A stretch of 62,836 bases of DNA, filler included, from Chrysochromulina tobinii (lineage: Eukaryota), in the NCBI GenBank assembly GCA_001275005.1. It is 6 parts of 6 records of this genome, joined end to end, with 100 filler letters (N's around TTAATTAATTAA, not from the genome) between each part and the next. Parts side by side here need not be neighbours in the genome. Positions count along the whole stretch, not along the records: positions 18,450 to 28,433 come from JWZX01000541.1; positions 28,534 to 33,819 come from JWZX01000542.1; 4 more parts are not named here. The stretch is one strand, 5' to 3'. This document shows positions 18,450 through 29,458 of this stretch, one piece after another. Under the pieces are notes generated by a model. It was not told the origin of the DNA. It saw only the letters and a program-made list of their open reading frames with translations, and did no database searches. A program made the translations under genes and the position numbers. The stretch's first letter is position 1. Each line of letters begins with the position of its first letter.

Positions 18450-21198
18450 GTGGTGTGCTTGGCGGCGGAGGGGAAGGGGGAGGCGACGGCGGTGGCGGTG
18501 ACGGGGGCGGCGATGGCGGAGGTGGTGAGGGAGGTGGAGAGGGTGGGGGTGGCGTGGGAGGCGGTGAGGGAGGCGGCGGGCTGGGTGGAGGCGACGGCGG
18601 AGGCGGTGAAGGAGGAGGTGAGGGCGGCGGTGGGCTCGGTGGAGGGCTTGGCGGTGGTGGTGACGGAGGTGGTGACGGAGGCGGCGGGCGGGGTGGAAGC
18701 AACGGCGGAGGCGGTAGGGGTAATGGCGGCGAAGGAGCGGTCTCTGCAGTCAAGGATCGTGTACTTTTCGGAGGAGATCGCGGTGACGGCAAAAGCGGCG
18801 GCTTCGGAGGCGGACCCGGTGGAGAATTTGTATGGGGCTCCGCTTTAGTGGGCGTTAGGCACGTAGCATGCATCCATCTGGCTTGTTGAGAGGTGGAAAA
18901 GTCGGTGGATCGCTCCTCATCATACAAGATGCCTTGAATCTGAGCGATGGCCGCATAGCTGCAACGGTGGCACAACGTCGTGATCGTGGCTCCTAAAAAC
19001 TGCCGCAGCGCTGCATACCCCCCGTTTTCCATCATGGCAGTTTCTTGGGATGCCACCAGTATGACCTGATCCTTGCCAGACCTTATCAGAGCTGAGAACC
19101 AATTTGTCATCGAGGTAACGGCACCTGCGGCATATTGTACATCGAACGACGCCGATGTTGTGAGCAACATTGTGCTCGGGTCGATAGCCACAAAATTGAG
19201 ACCACGCTTGTTTGGCGCGTTGGTGATTTCGATGTTGTTCACATAGAACCTGGCCTGTGCCCCTGCGGCGGCAGACTCCACTCGATATCCGCATGGAGTG
19301 GATGGAGGCGGTCGTGGTGGGGGAGGAGACGGCGGCGATGGAGAAGGGGTTGGTGGCGAGGGAGAAGGCGGTGGTGGCGAGGGAGAAGGCGGTGGTGGCG
19401 AGGGAGAAGGCGGGGATGGTGGCGGCGGTGGCGCGCGTGGTGGAGTTGCTCCGTCCAGTCTGTAGGTGGTAAAGCCGGCGTGGACGACGGTAGGAGGTAT
19501 AGCCGGCAGAAACGGAGACGACCGTGGAGAAGGTGGCGGCCGTTGATATTTCTCACTACTACGTGTAGTACCAAGCAGTAAGCGGTTTGCGAGCGGTGGA
19601 GAAGGCGGTGGCCGTTGATAAATCTGTCTGCGAAAACGGTGGCGACCCGCGCGCGTGGACTGGGACTGGAATCGCTGACCAGCATTATCCTTGCTGTCCT
19701 CGCCAGTTGTGACGAGCACTGCCGAATGCGAAACCTCAACCCCAAGTACGTTCGTTGCTGCGGTGGCGCTCCGTGCGAGAGACTCCAAGGCTATCTTGAT
19801 CGCAAGGGCATTGCTGGGAGTCTTAGAGGAAACGATCGCCGTCGCACTCAAGGTGACTCCATCAAATGTGACAGAGATGCGTGCTTGAGTGACGCCCAGG
19901 TATAATGCGAGCGCGAACCGGTACTTTACTGGACTGAAATGAGCAGCCCCGCTGGAGAGCGCCACCTGATACGTGATGTCCTGGTTGATGAAGCCACCAT
20001 ACGTATCAACACCCGAAGGCCGTGCCGCCGGTATAAGTGGTGTCGGCGGTGGTGCATCTGGCGGTGGAGCTGCTGGTGGCGGTGGTGCGTCTGGTGGCAG
20101 AGGAGCAGCTGGCATGCACGCGGGCCGGTCGATCAGCCCGGGCTCCTCGGGCCCGGGTCGCAGTAACGTCTCCAGTGGGATTGGGCAAGTAAACAGGTTT
20201 CTTCGGCCAGCGAGCAGAATGCTCGCCATGGTCGTGAGCTGCGCAATTTGCGTCGGCACCGTGCCGCTCAGGTGCGCCTCTGAGAGGAAGAGGACTCGAA
20301 GATTGCTGAGCCGCCCTAATTGTGAGGGGATGGTGCCGGAGATCGGGTTCTTGCCGAGCGCGAGCGTCTGAAGGCTAGTGAACAGCCCGAGCTCCGTGGG
20401 CAGCGTGCCGCTGATGGCCGCATTCATGAGCTGCAACTTGACCAGCTTGGATCGCCACCGATTGGGCTTCACTGCAGCTCTGGAAGCCGTAACAGCAGCG
20501 TGGATCAGCGCATCGAGGTGCCCGCGAATCAGGTTTCCCTCAAGGCTGAGCGTGGACAGAAGCTTGAGCTCTGCGAGCTGCGTTGGCAGGCCGCTGCGAA
20601 ACGGCGGCCACGGTGTGGATGACGGCCGCGAGCTGGACGGTCTCACGGCGAAGACGGCGTCTTGGTGACAGTTGAGCTTGAAGCTCTGGAGCTCGAGCTT
20701 TACGAGGGCACCTCGCTTCCTGGCGTGCTTTGTACCGGTGATACCGCTCCAGCCAGCTGTGCTGTCGCCCCGGGCGTCGCGCACGGGCTGCCCACGTGGG
20801 TACGGCCCCGATTCGAGCCAACGCTTCGTGAATTGCTCTCGCCACTCGGCACCGCTGCAAGACTGGTACAGACTGACCAGAATGTCTCTCTCACGCGCGG
20901 GATCGGTTCTCTTCCACGACGTGTAGTACTCCTTGTCCAGGTGTACGCAAGCTAGTCCAGCTGGCAGGCACGAGTAGCCGTGTTCGTGTGTGCATGTGCT
21001 CGAGCAACCATCGTTACTCATGAGGTTTCCATCGTCGCATGTCTCGCCATGCATAGCTTGCAGAACGCCGTCGCCACACACAGCATGGGGGGCGTTCACA
21101 CCGAGGTCGCTTGGCGAAGGCGTTATGGGGCGCATGTTGTCGGCGATGACGCATCGCAGATAGGACAGGGAGAGCAACGTCGCACGTGCTAGTGCCAT
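18450..21198 (-). CDS. Secreted/surface mosaic protein: Myxococcus-type Cys-rich repeat, LRRs, ILEI/PANDER-like domain, extensin-like SPPPP tracts (3' truncated)
   Basis: Signal-like N-terminus; CGDGV...ETCDDGN...DGCSSTC; plant-type LRRs (ISGTLPTELGL, ISGTIPSQLGRL); RGLNFVAID...SFDV; (SPPPP)n running into the contig end. Confidence 0.85.
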
Positions 21199-21373
21199 TG
21201 TCCGCCCACGACGTCGCGCCAGTGACAAACGTGCGTAGTTTACGTCAATCCGGGTTTCGTCATTCTCATTTGGAATTTGCATGCGCCGAGAGTTCTAAAT
21301 TAGGAAGGAAGTAGGTTGCCCCCTTTCACAGCTGGGGGGCAGAAGGGGCGTGTAGGGCCTCCCGTGATTTCGC

Positions 21374-21727
21374 ATGCCTGACGCGACGATTCCGGAGCTC
21401 GACACAACCACGCGCCTGCAGCTGGCCGTCTCCGACCTGTGTGGCTTATACTCTAACGCGCTCGGCCGTTTGCTCAACGCCGTTGAGGAGCGGGCAGGGC
21501 CGAGCGAACCCGCCATTGAGCTCCTCGCCGCAGACTTGGGATTGCAAGTTGCAAAGGCGCATCGCGGCATCGATGATTTAACCGATGAGCTACGCCGTAA
21601 GCTTCGCAGTGAGGCGACGCAGTTGCAGCGACTGCGCGTCCTTGAGTTGGAGCACTCTGCGGTGACGCGCGAACTCCGTATAGAGGTTGAGGCTGCAGGT
21701 GTGCTACGCCGCGTGCTGCATGCGTAA
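21374..21727 (+). CDS. MED21: Mediator subunit 21 (Srb7)-like
   Basis: DTTTRLQLAVSDLCGLYSNALGRL...AHRGIDDLTDEL...QLQRLRVLELEH parallels the Med21 pattern DRLTQLQ...FCNAIGVL...DIDVLIDSL; size fits. Confidence 0.65.
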   Translation: MPDATIPELDTTTRLQLAVSDLCGLYSNALGRLLNAVEERAGPSEPAIELLAADLGLQVAKAHRGIDDLTDELRRKLRSEATQLQRLRVLELEHSAVTRELRIEVEAAGVLRRVLHA

Positions 21728-22322
21728 CCTCGCGTGCGCACCTGTATCTTGTTCCAGTGACCGTCTGCGCTGTGTGCTGCTCGACAGAACCCGTTCTAGC
21801 GGCGCTGCGCAAAGATCTGGACGCGTTGCTCGATGGAGTCCAAGAGCTCAGCCAGCAGCGTTTCCTGTTGACCTGAACATCCGCATGACGCGCATAACGG
21901 TCATAAATGCCCGTTGAGAGCGCGAACACACGTGCGACAACCCATCGACCCGCGGGCGGTGTGCCCACGGTGTTTGCTACGTAGAACCTAGTACTCTGAT
22001 TAGTGGGAACTTGACACACCATTTTCATAGTCATAGCTCCCGCCAAGCTCCCGCCTCCACGCTCCAGAGTCTCCAGACCCGCGCGCCGGGGACCGGACCC
22101 GACCCGACCCTACCCGACCCCACGACGCGGACTCGACACTCCGCTCACAGCGCCGTCACTCGCTCCGACACCGATCACGGTCACACCCACCCATGCGCCG
22201 CCGCGGGGACCACCTCCGCTCTCAGCACTGGTCTGGCTTTGCGTGAACAGAATACCCATCTCCCATGAATACCGCACTCGGTGATTGGGGAATGATCCGA
22301 TCCAGTGATGGTTGTGGGCGTA

Positions 22323-23150
22323 TCACGTGCGGCGGCCGCCACTACCCTCGGCCATCTCAATGAGGAGGATGTGACTGCCTGCACCGCCGGCTGTCAGGAT
22401 GAGCTCACCATCTCCGCGGCACTCCGCCGCGTCATGCCGGTCCAGAGCCAGAGGAAGCGTCTCAGCACCCTCCACCTTGATCGAGCCCTCCGCACATAGA
22501 AGGTATGCCTGCCGCCCGGGCTGCAGGCAGAAGGAAACGCTCTTTCCTGGGTCGAGCTCTGAGCAATGAAAGTTGCAATCCTGGTGGATGCCGACCGGTG
22601 CTGCTGTGCCCCCACGCGTATCGCCCACGATGTGCGCCAGGTTGTTTCTGCGCGCAACGACTGCATCCGGATCGGAGCCATCGAAGCCGCCATACCTGGG
22701 CTGGAGTCCCCGCATGGCCGGTAGCACCCATACCTGCACAAATCGTAGAGGCCTTTCTTCGAAATTGTGCTCGCTGTGGCGAACGCCGGTGCCAGCCGTC
22801 ATGAACTGCACGCTGCCACGTCCAATCTTCTGGGCCATTCCGCGGTTCATCGAATCCTGATGCGTCAGGTGGCCTTCAAGGATATACGTCACGATTTCCA
22901 TATCCCGGTGAGGATGCATGCCGAAGCCACGCAGTGGCTGCACCAAATCGTCATTCATCACCCGCATCACGCCAAAGTGGTCATTTGAAGGGTCGTGGTA
23001 CTCGGCGAAGCTGAAGTGGAAGCGCGATTTGAGCCAGTTCGGATTCGTCCACGTTGGAGAGTCTTCGTTTTCGTCGTTACCAAACATACTCGGCGGTGGC
23101 TCTGAGTGGTAGAGCGATGCATCGGGAATGTGCAGGAGGCGTACCACCAT
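22323..23150 (-). CDS. Pirin family protein (YhhW-like)
   Basis: WLKSRFHFSFAEY, RVMNDDLV, GFGMHPHRDMEIVTY, HQDSM, QFMTAGTGVRHSE. Confidence 0.95.
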   Translation of the reverse strand: MVVRLLHIPDASLYHSEPPPSMFGNDENEDSPTWTNPNWLKSRFHFSFAEYHDPSNDHFGVMRVMNDDLVQPLRGFGMHPHRDMEIVTYILEGHLTHQDSMNRGMAQKIGRGSVQFMTAGTGVRHSEHNFEERPLRFVQVWVLPAMRGLQPRYGGFDGSDPDAVVARRNNLAHIVGDTRGGTAAPVGIHQDCNFHCSELDPGKSVSFCLQPGRQAYLLCAEGSIKVEGAETLPLALDRHDAAECRGDGELILTAGGAGSHILLIEMAEGSGGRRT

Positions 23151-23389
23151 TATGCCTCCTGCGGCTGGGACGCGAGCAGCCTCGGGACCACATTTCTCTT
23201 CAAGGGCTTTGCGGAATGAGAGTGAATCTCGTTCAGACCGGGAATCCCGGGATTCCTCGTGTGTTCTCGACGGCGCGGCTGTGCTCCGCACGATTTTTTG
23301 TTCTCCACTGCACGCGTCGTGACGGCGCGGGAAATGGCGAGCGCCTCGTCGAGCGACGCCGCCCCCGGCCCGTAAGGCACGCGTTCGGC

Positions 23390-26300
23390 ATGGAACTATC
23401 CACGCACGGGCCGCAAGACGCCTCGGTTGGCATCCTCATCAAGCGGCTGGTGAGCAGCTCGAGGGTGACCGAGGAGCGCGCCGTCGCCAAGGAGCTGCTT
23501 CAGCTGCTCGACACGCCGGCGTTCCGCGCCGCGCTGAGTGACTTCCGCAGTGAGGAAGGCCAAGGTGGCAGCAACGGATGGACGGAGACCCTCAAGGCCG
23601 TGGTCATCAAGGTCAACAGCGCGCATGCTACTGCCGAGGCCGACTTCGTGCAGGCGCTCTCGCGCCTCGTCGAAGAGGCTGACCGGTGTGGGGCACTCTT
23701 TGATGGCGAGAACGTGGACAAGGTCGTGAAGAGCATACTACAAAACGAGCGCATCGCGCACGCGCCGACGCCGCAGATAAAAAAGCTGTACTGGTCCATC
23801 CTGAGTTCGCTCGCCTCGGAGGCCGCCTACTTCCGCGCCGTCGGCCGCGAGACGGCACAGGAGCGTTGCGGCCAGCTTGCGAGCTTCGCGTGGGAGGCGC
23901 TGCTGCCCGGGGCGGCCGACGACAGCGGTACGAGCGGCGAGCCGTCCGCAACGGTCGCCGCGCGCCGCGGGTCGTACCGCGCCTCAGCCGCGCGGCTGCT
24001 CACGCGACTGCTCCTGCACTTTCCGTACGCACTGCCCGAGGACCAGCTGCAGGAGCTGCTCAAGAAGCTCCTCTCGCTCGCCAAAGCGTGCACGCCCGCG
24101 GCCGCGGCGCCGGCGTCGGCGGCCGCCCCGGTAGCCGCGGACGACGAGCCGGCGCGGCTCGCGGCCAACGAACTGCGGCCGCGGCTGCACGAGCTGTGGA
24201 CGGCGGCGAACGCTGTGCTGCGCCGTCAGGCAGCCGACTGCGCCGAGCTGCTGTGGAGGCCAAAGACGGGCTTTGTGACCGAGTGCGTGCTACACGAGTG
24301 GATGGAGCACACGCTGCGGCACGCTGAGCAGCTCGAGCTGCTCCTGCAGCTCGTGCAGTTCTGCCGGCTCCTTCATCGCCTCGCTGCACTTGTGAACGCG
24401 TCGCTGCCGCCGCGCATCGACGCCGCCATCTCGGCGTACGTGTGGCGTGAGTTGTCGTGGGGGCCGGTGCTACTACGGGCCGGCTGCTTGCCACCGCTGC
24501 TCCGCCGGCCCGTCGAGGCCGCCGCGGCCGTCACGCTCAGTGCTAACTACCCGCCGCTCGCCTGGCTCGACCTCGCCGCCACGCAGTTGCTACGCTCCGA
24601 GCCGCCCGCGCTGCAAGCGTCGGCGGCCGCGGCCGGTACGGTCAGCCAAGCCGGTGGCCACTCCAAGCGGCAGCGCTTCGATGAGACGAGCGGTGCCGAG
24701 GAGGAGATGCCGCAGTGGCTTGGGCGCTTGCTCGCTCTCGACGCGCACGGAATCATGAGTACGCCGGCCGCGGCTGCCTCGACCGCGCCACCTCCACCTC
24801 CGCCGGCCATGGCGAGCGCCGGCGCCGCCGGCCCGCTGCCGCCGTCGCCCATTGGGTCTTCGTCGCCCGTGCCGCCGCTCTCCGACGGCGCCGCGTGGAC
24901 GCGCCGCCTGCTGCTGCTCGCCGCGACGATCCGCCATTCGCCCACGCCGCTGTCGCACAAGGCGACTGAGAAGGCGGTCGGGGCGCTCCTGCCGCTCGCG
25001 ACACGCGCCGCCGAGGAGGAGCCCGAGGTGCAGTTGGCGGCGCTCACGGCTCTGCTTGCCCTCGCGCCGCGTGCACCGTACAAGCAGTCGCTCGCGCTTG
25101 AGGACGCGTCCGCCGCGAGTGCGGCTGGCACGTGGGCCGGCGTGTGGAACAGGGTGTGGGCAGGCGAGCGCGCGCAGTGGACGGTCGATGCGCCGCCGCT
25201 CGCCGCGCCACACGCGGCGCTTCTCAGCGAGCTCAAGCAACGGCTGCTCTCGCAGCTGCTCCTCGCGGGGGCCGTGCCGCGCGCCGTGGCCGCCGCCGCC
25301 GCCGCCGAGGCCACCGCCGGCTGCCGTGCAGCCGGCGCGAGTGCCGCTGTGCCACGCCACACGCTGGCGGCGTGCCTGATCGCTGTCGGCTCTGGCCGCG
25401 CCGGCGCTGCCGCTGCCGCCGCCGCGGCCAACTTGGAAGAAGTGGCTGCGGATGTGCTCATGGCGGACAAGGGGCCGCCGCCGTTACGCGCGTGCGACGT
25501 GCTGTGCGCGGGGGGTAGCGCTGCTCTCCCTAGTGGAGGAAGCGACTACGACGACGCACCGTGCGCGATTTGCGAGGCGGCGCTGCTCTTGCACCCGGCC
25601 GCGTACGTGTGCACGGTCGCTCCCGCCTCGAGTGCCCTTGCGAGCGCGCACCGCTGGACGGCCACGCGGCGGCAGCTTGCGCTCGTTGCGGCAGGTGTTG
25701 CGCCCAGTGCGATCGCCGGCCCACCACCCGCGCTCGCCGTCGTCTCTCCGCTTGCTGCCGCCGCGGGCGCGACCGCGGCGATGCCGTGCGCCTCCGCCAG
25801 TCGGTGGCGCGCGGCCGGGTGGGCATGTGCCGCACAGGGCGATGCGACGATCCTGGGTGGCCGCGGCGGCTGGCACGCACCCCTCTCGCTCGTGGCCGAG
25901 TGGAGCCGGGGCGGCCTGACGGACGCTGCTGCAGCGGAGGTGATCCAGTGCGAGACGGAGCTGCTGCAGCTCGATGCGATTTGCGACGAGGCGATGCGCA
26001 TGCCGCCGCACCATCCACACGGTGCGCACGCTGCTGCCGCCGTCGCCCTCGACGACGGCTATCGAGAGGAGGAGGAGGACGACGACTGTGGCATCATTGC
26101 CGCTGGGGGCGGCGGTGGCGGCGGCGGTGCCCCCATCAGCGGCGCGGGCAGTGTGGGGAAAGGCGCCTCTGCGGCGGGTGGTTCGAGCCTCTCCGTGCCG
26201 AGCGCACTGCCCCCAGCCGCAGCACTAGCGCTGGATGAGGCGGCAGGCACTCTCGCCGAGCGCCTGCGCGGCGTCCAGTCGCTCGTGGTGCCGCGGCAGT

Positions 26301-28433
26301 CGACCTCGACACTCGCCCAGATGCAACGGCTCCTGTGCGCGGCCATCATGCTCAGTCTTCCGTACACGAGCCCAGAGGTGGGGGTGGGCCTGGATGCCCT
26401 CATCCGGCAGCTGAGGCCGAGCGTGCGCTCCGCGTGCGAGATGCTCTGCCGGCTGAGCGAGCCACGCGCTCTCGGGCTGCTGCCCGCGCTCATCCGCACC
26501 CTCGGCGACGCCCAGACCACGCACCAAGCTGCCGCCTTCCCCTCGTCCGCCGGTGCGCCGGCCGCCGTCTCGGCTGCCTCGGCCGCTGCAGGCCGTGCCG
26601 CCGCGGAGGCCCTCGCTCTCATCGGCACGAGCGTCACCACAAACGTCCACGGCCTGCTCCGCGCGCCTGCAACGGTCGGGCAGCCGGCAGACGCGCATGC
26701 GGAGCTCGATGCGATGATGGACGACGTGGACGACGACGACGATTTCGGTGGGCCGCGCAGCGCGTCCGGCAATGGCAGCCTGAGCGCATCGGACAGCGGT
26801 GGCCGAGGTTTTGGCGGCGGCGGCAGCTTTGGCGGCGTGACGGGCGGCTTTGGCTTGGTGGGGCGCGCATGGCTCGCGGCTCTCGAAGAAGTCGCTGCGC
26901 TGCCGACTGGGCCGCCGCCCGTGCCCCTCGCCACCTCCACCTCCGCGGGCGCCCCCGCTGCCACGGCCCGATACAGCCTGCCGGTGTCGACGGCGCTCGG
27001 CCTCTGCGAGCTGCTCCGTCCGTCTGACGCGACCCAATTGAGACTGCCCGCCTCATTCGCAATTGATGCGTGCATGGCGCTGGCCGCTTACCCGCACGCG
27101 TGCGTGCGTGCGCGAGTGCTCGGTGTGCTTGACGAGGCGGTCGCGCTCGCGCGCCCGTTCTACCCACGCGTCGTGCGGGCCTCGCTCGAGGTCATCACGT
27201 GCCTGCTGGCGAAAGCTTTCCGGAGCGCTTGCTCACTCTCAACGGGCGCGAGCCGCGCGCCCGAGCCGCCGCCGCAGCTGGCGCAGCCGCAGCAGCAGCA
27301 GCTCCTGCAGCAGCGGCGGGCGGTGGCGGAGCTGTGCGGCACCACGCTCCGCGAGTGCGCGCCACTATTGCTGCGCGGCATGGAATCTCTCGAGGATGCG
27401 CCTCTGGAGGATGCGGCGGCCGCCACGCGCGCCGCCGTCGCCTTCTTGCGCCTTGGCCACCACGTGCACGTGCAAGAGCACCCGGAGGCCCCGTCGGCGC
27501 GATCGATCGCCGCGGGGGCGCTCGGGCTCTTTAAGCTGCGGCGCTCGCACCGGCATGCCGATCTGCTGCGACTGCAGGCGCTGCTGCTACCGCTGCTCCC
27601 CTCACTGCTTGCGGCACGCCCGATAGCGGAGCTGATGCCAATCTTGAGAGACGCGACGCGCACGTTGCCCTCGACCGACCGACCGACGGGTGAGCCGCTT
27701 CTGCTCAAGGGCTTGCGCGATGCCAAGGCGGCTCAAACTCTCTCAGCGTACCTGACGGCGACAGCCGTGCTGCGGTACCAGCCTGCCACAATGCGACTCA
27801 TGCTATGCGAGCTCATGGCAACGCCGTGCGTGCTCAAGGGCATGGACACCGCTATTCTCGATCTGCTGCGTGCGCGCTGCATGCGGCTCGGGGGTCTGCA
27901 CACGATGATGCGAGCGCAGCTGCCCTGGCTCATCGCCTGGTGGCTCGACCGCGGCTTCCCACTCGTCACATTCCCGCACCACTGGCTCACCGAGAGCGGC
28001 CGAAGCACCCCAGTCGAGCGCACCGAGAGCGGCCACGTGCGCATCGACGGCCCGAGCGGCCGCGACGAGCCACTCAAGGGCTTCTACCAATCGCACTGCC
28101 TGCGGCTGCTCCCGGCGCTGCTCGAGCGCGCCTTTGCGCCGGGCGACTCAGCCGTCGCCAAGCGCGCGGCCGCAGAGAGGGGGCCGCTCAGCGACTGCTT
28201 GGGCTGCCGCTCTCGCAGCTGCTTCGGCGGCGAGAGCCCGATGGAAAGGACCTGACGGGTTTCGCGTCCGCGCCAGTGGGCGCGATCGTGCAGGTCCTCG
28301 GCAGTACGCTCCCGCTCCGGTGGACGGCGCGCGAGCAGCTGGGCTAGCGCGCCCACTGGGAGGACCTCGCGGGCTACCTCGAGAAGCTCCTTCAGGCTGC
28401 GGCCGCCGAGGAGGCGCCCGCCGAGGTGGCCGC
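23390..28433 (+). CDS. ATM: ATM/Tel1 kinase, N-terminal helical region only (cut by contig end; frame disrupted after about 28180)
   Basis: TAN-like N-terminal motif LVSSSRVTEERAVAKELLQLL; MRAQLPWLIAWWL...LVTFPHHWL...FYQSHCLRLLPALL parallels ATM SHLDYLVLEWL...SSFPFILL...FYRSCYKVLIPHL. The kinase domain is not in the window. Confidence 0.65.
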
Positions 28434-28533
28434 NNNNNNNNNNNNNNNNNNNNNNNNNNNNNNNNNNNNNNNNNNNNTTAATTAATTAANNNNNNNNNNN
28501 NNNNNNNNNNNNNNNNNNNNNNNNNNNNNNNNN
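28434..28533. other. Artificial contig spacer
   Basis: N44-TTAATTAATTAA-N44. Confidence 0.99.
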
Positions 28534-28810
28534 TGCGTCCACGTTCCAGACAGTGTCGTCCTCGTCAGGCGGCCCCTCACGCTCAGCTGCGGTAGCCTTT
28601 GCGCTTGCGCCTGCAGATGCGACGCAGACAAAGGCTTGTTGCCGACCTCGTGACACGTTCTCGAGATTCCCACAGAGAGTTTCCCCACAGTTCGCGCATC
28701 AAAGGACTTTCAGATTCAATCTAGGGGAAAAAGACCCCCAAAGAAGGTCTCTTTCAATCATTTGAATAAACGGTCGAATAGTTGAACTGCACAGAATTTT
28801 TTTTGAGACG

Positions 28811-29247
28811 AGTTCGTTTCCGAGACTTCGCAGTTCGTCTCTTCCGTTTCCGAGACTTTAGTTCGAACACTACCGTTTCCGAGACTTCGACTACCGTTTC
28901 CGAGACTTCAGTTCGACCATTACCGTTTGCGAGACTTGAGTTCCATAGGCGACTACCGTTTCTGAGACTTCAGTTCGACCATTTCCGTTTGCGAGACTTG
29001 AGTTCCATGGGGGACTACCGTTTCCGAGACTTCAGTTCGACCACGACCGTTTGCGAGACTTGAGTTCCATGGGGGACTACCGTTTGCGAGACTTCAGTTC
29101 GACCACGACCGTTTGCGAGACTTGAGTTCCATAGGCCACCACCGTTTGCGAGACTTGAGCTCGACCACTACCGTTTGCGAGACTTGAGTTCCATAGGCCA
29201 CTACCGTTTGCGAGACTTCAGTTCGACCATTACCGTTTGCGAGACTT
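28811..29247. repeat. Minisatellite with alternating ~29/33-bp units
   Basis: About 15 copies of the core CCGTTTSCGAGACTT, followed alternately by CAGTTCGACC... and GAGTTCCAT... Confidence 0.92.
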
Positions 29248-29458
29248 GGGTTCACATCAGGAAACGCGGACATACCAAGGCGCTTTCTCTTCATGGAGTT
29301 TTTTTCTCTTTCTCGAACACGAGGCTTTGTCGTCCTGGGACGTTCTGGGGCAATCACAAGTGAATAGGTCATGTCGATCGCGTGGCCCGTGGTTGGGGGT
29401 GCTGTCGTTTCCCAAGGATCACTGGTTCGTGTCAAAAACACTATGTCCCCTCCCCCCG

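Noticed and set aside
28811..29247. CRISPR-like periodicity
   Set aside because: The linkers are two recurring sequences rather than unique spacers, there are no cas genes, and the context is eukaryotic.
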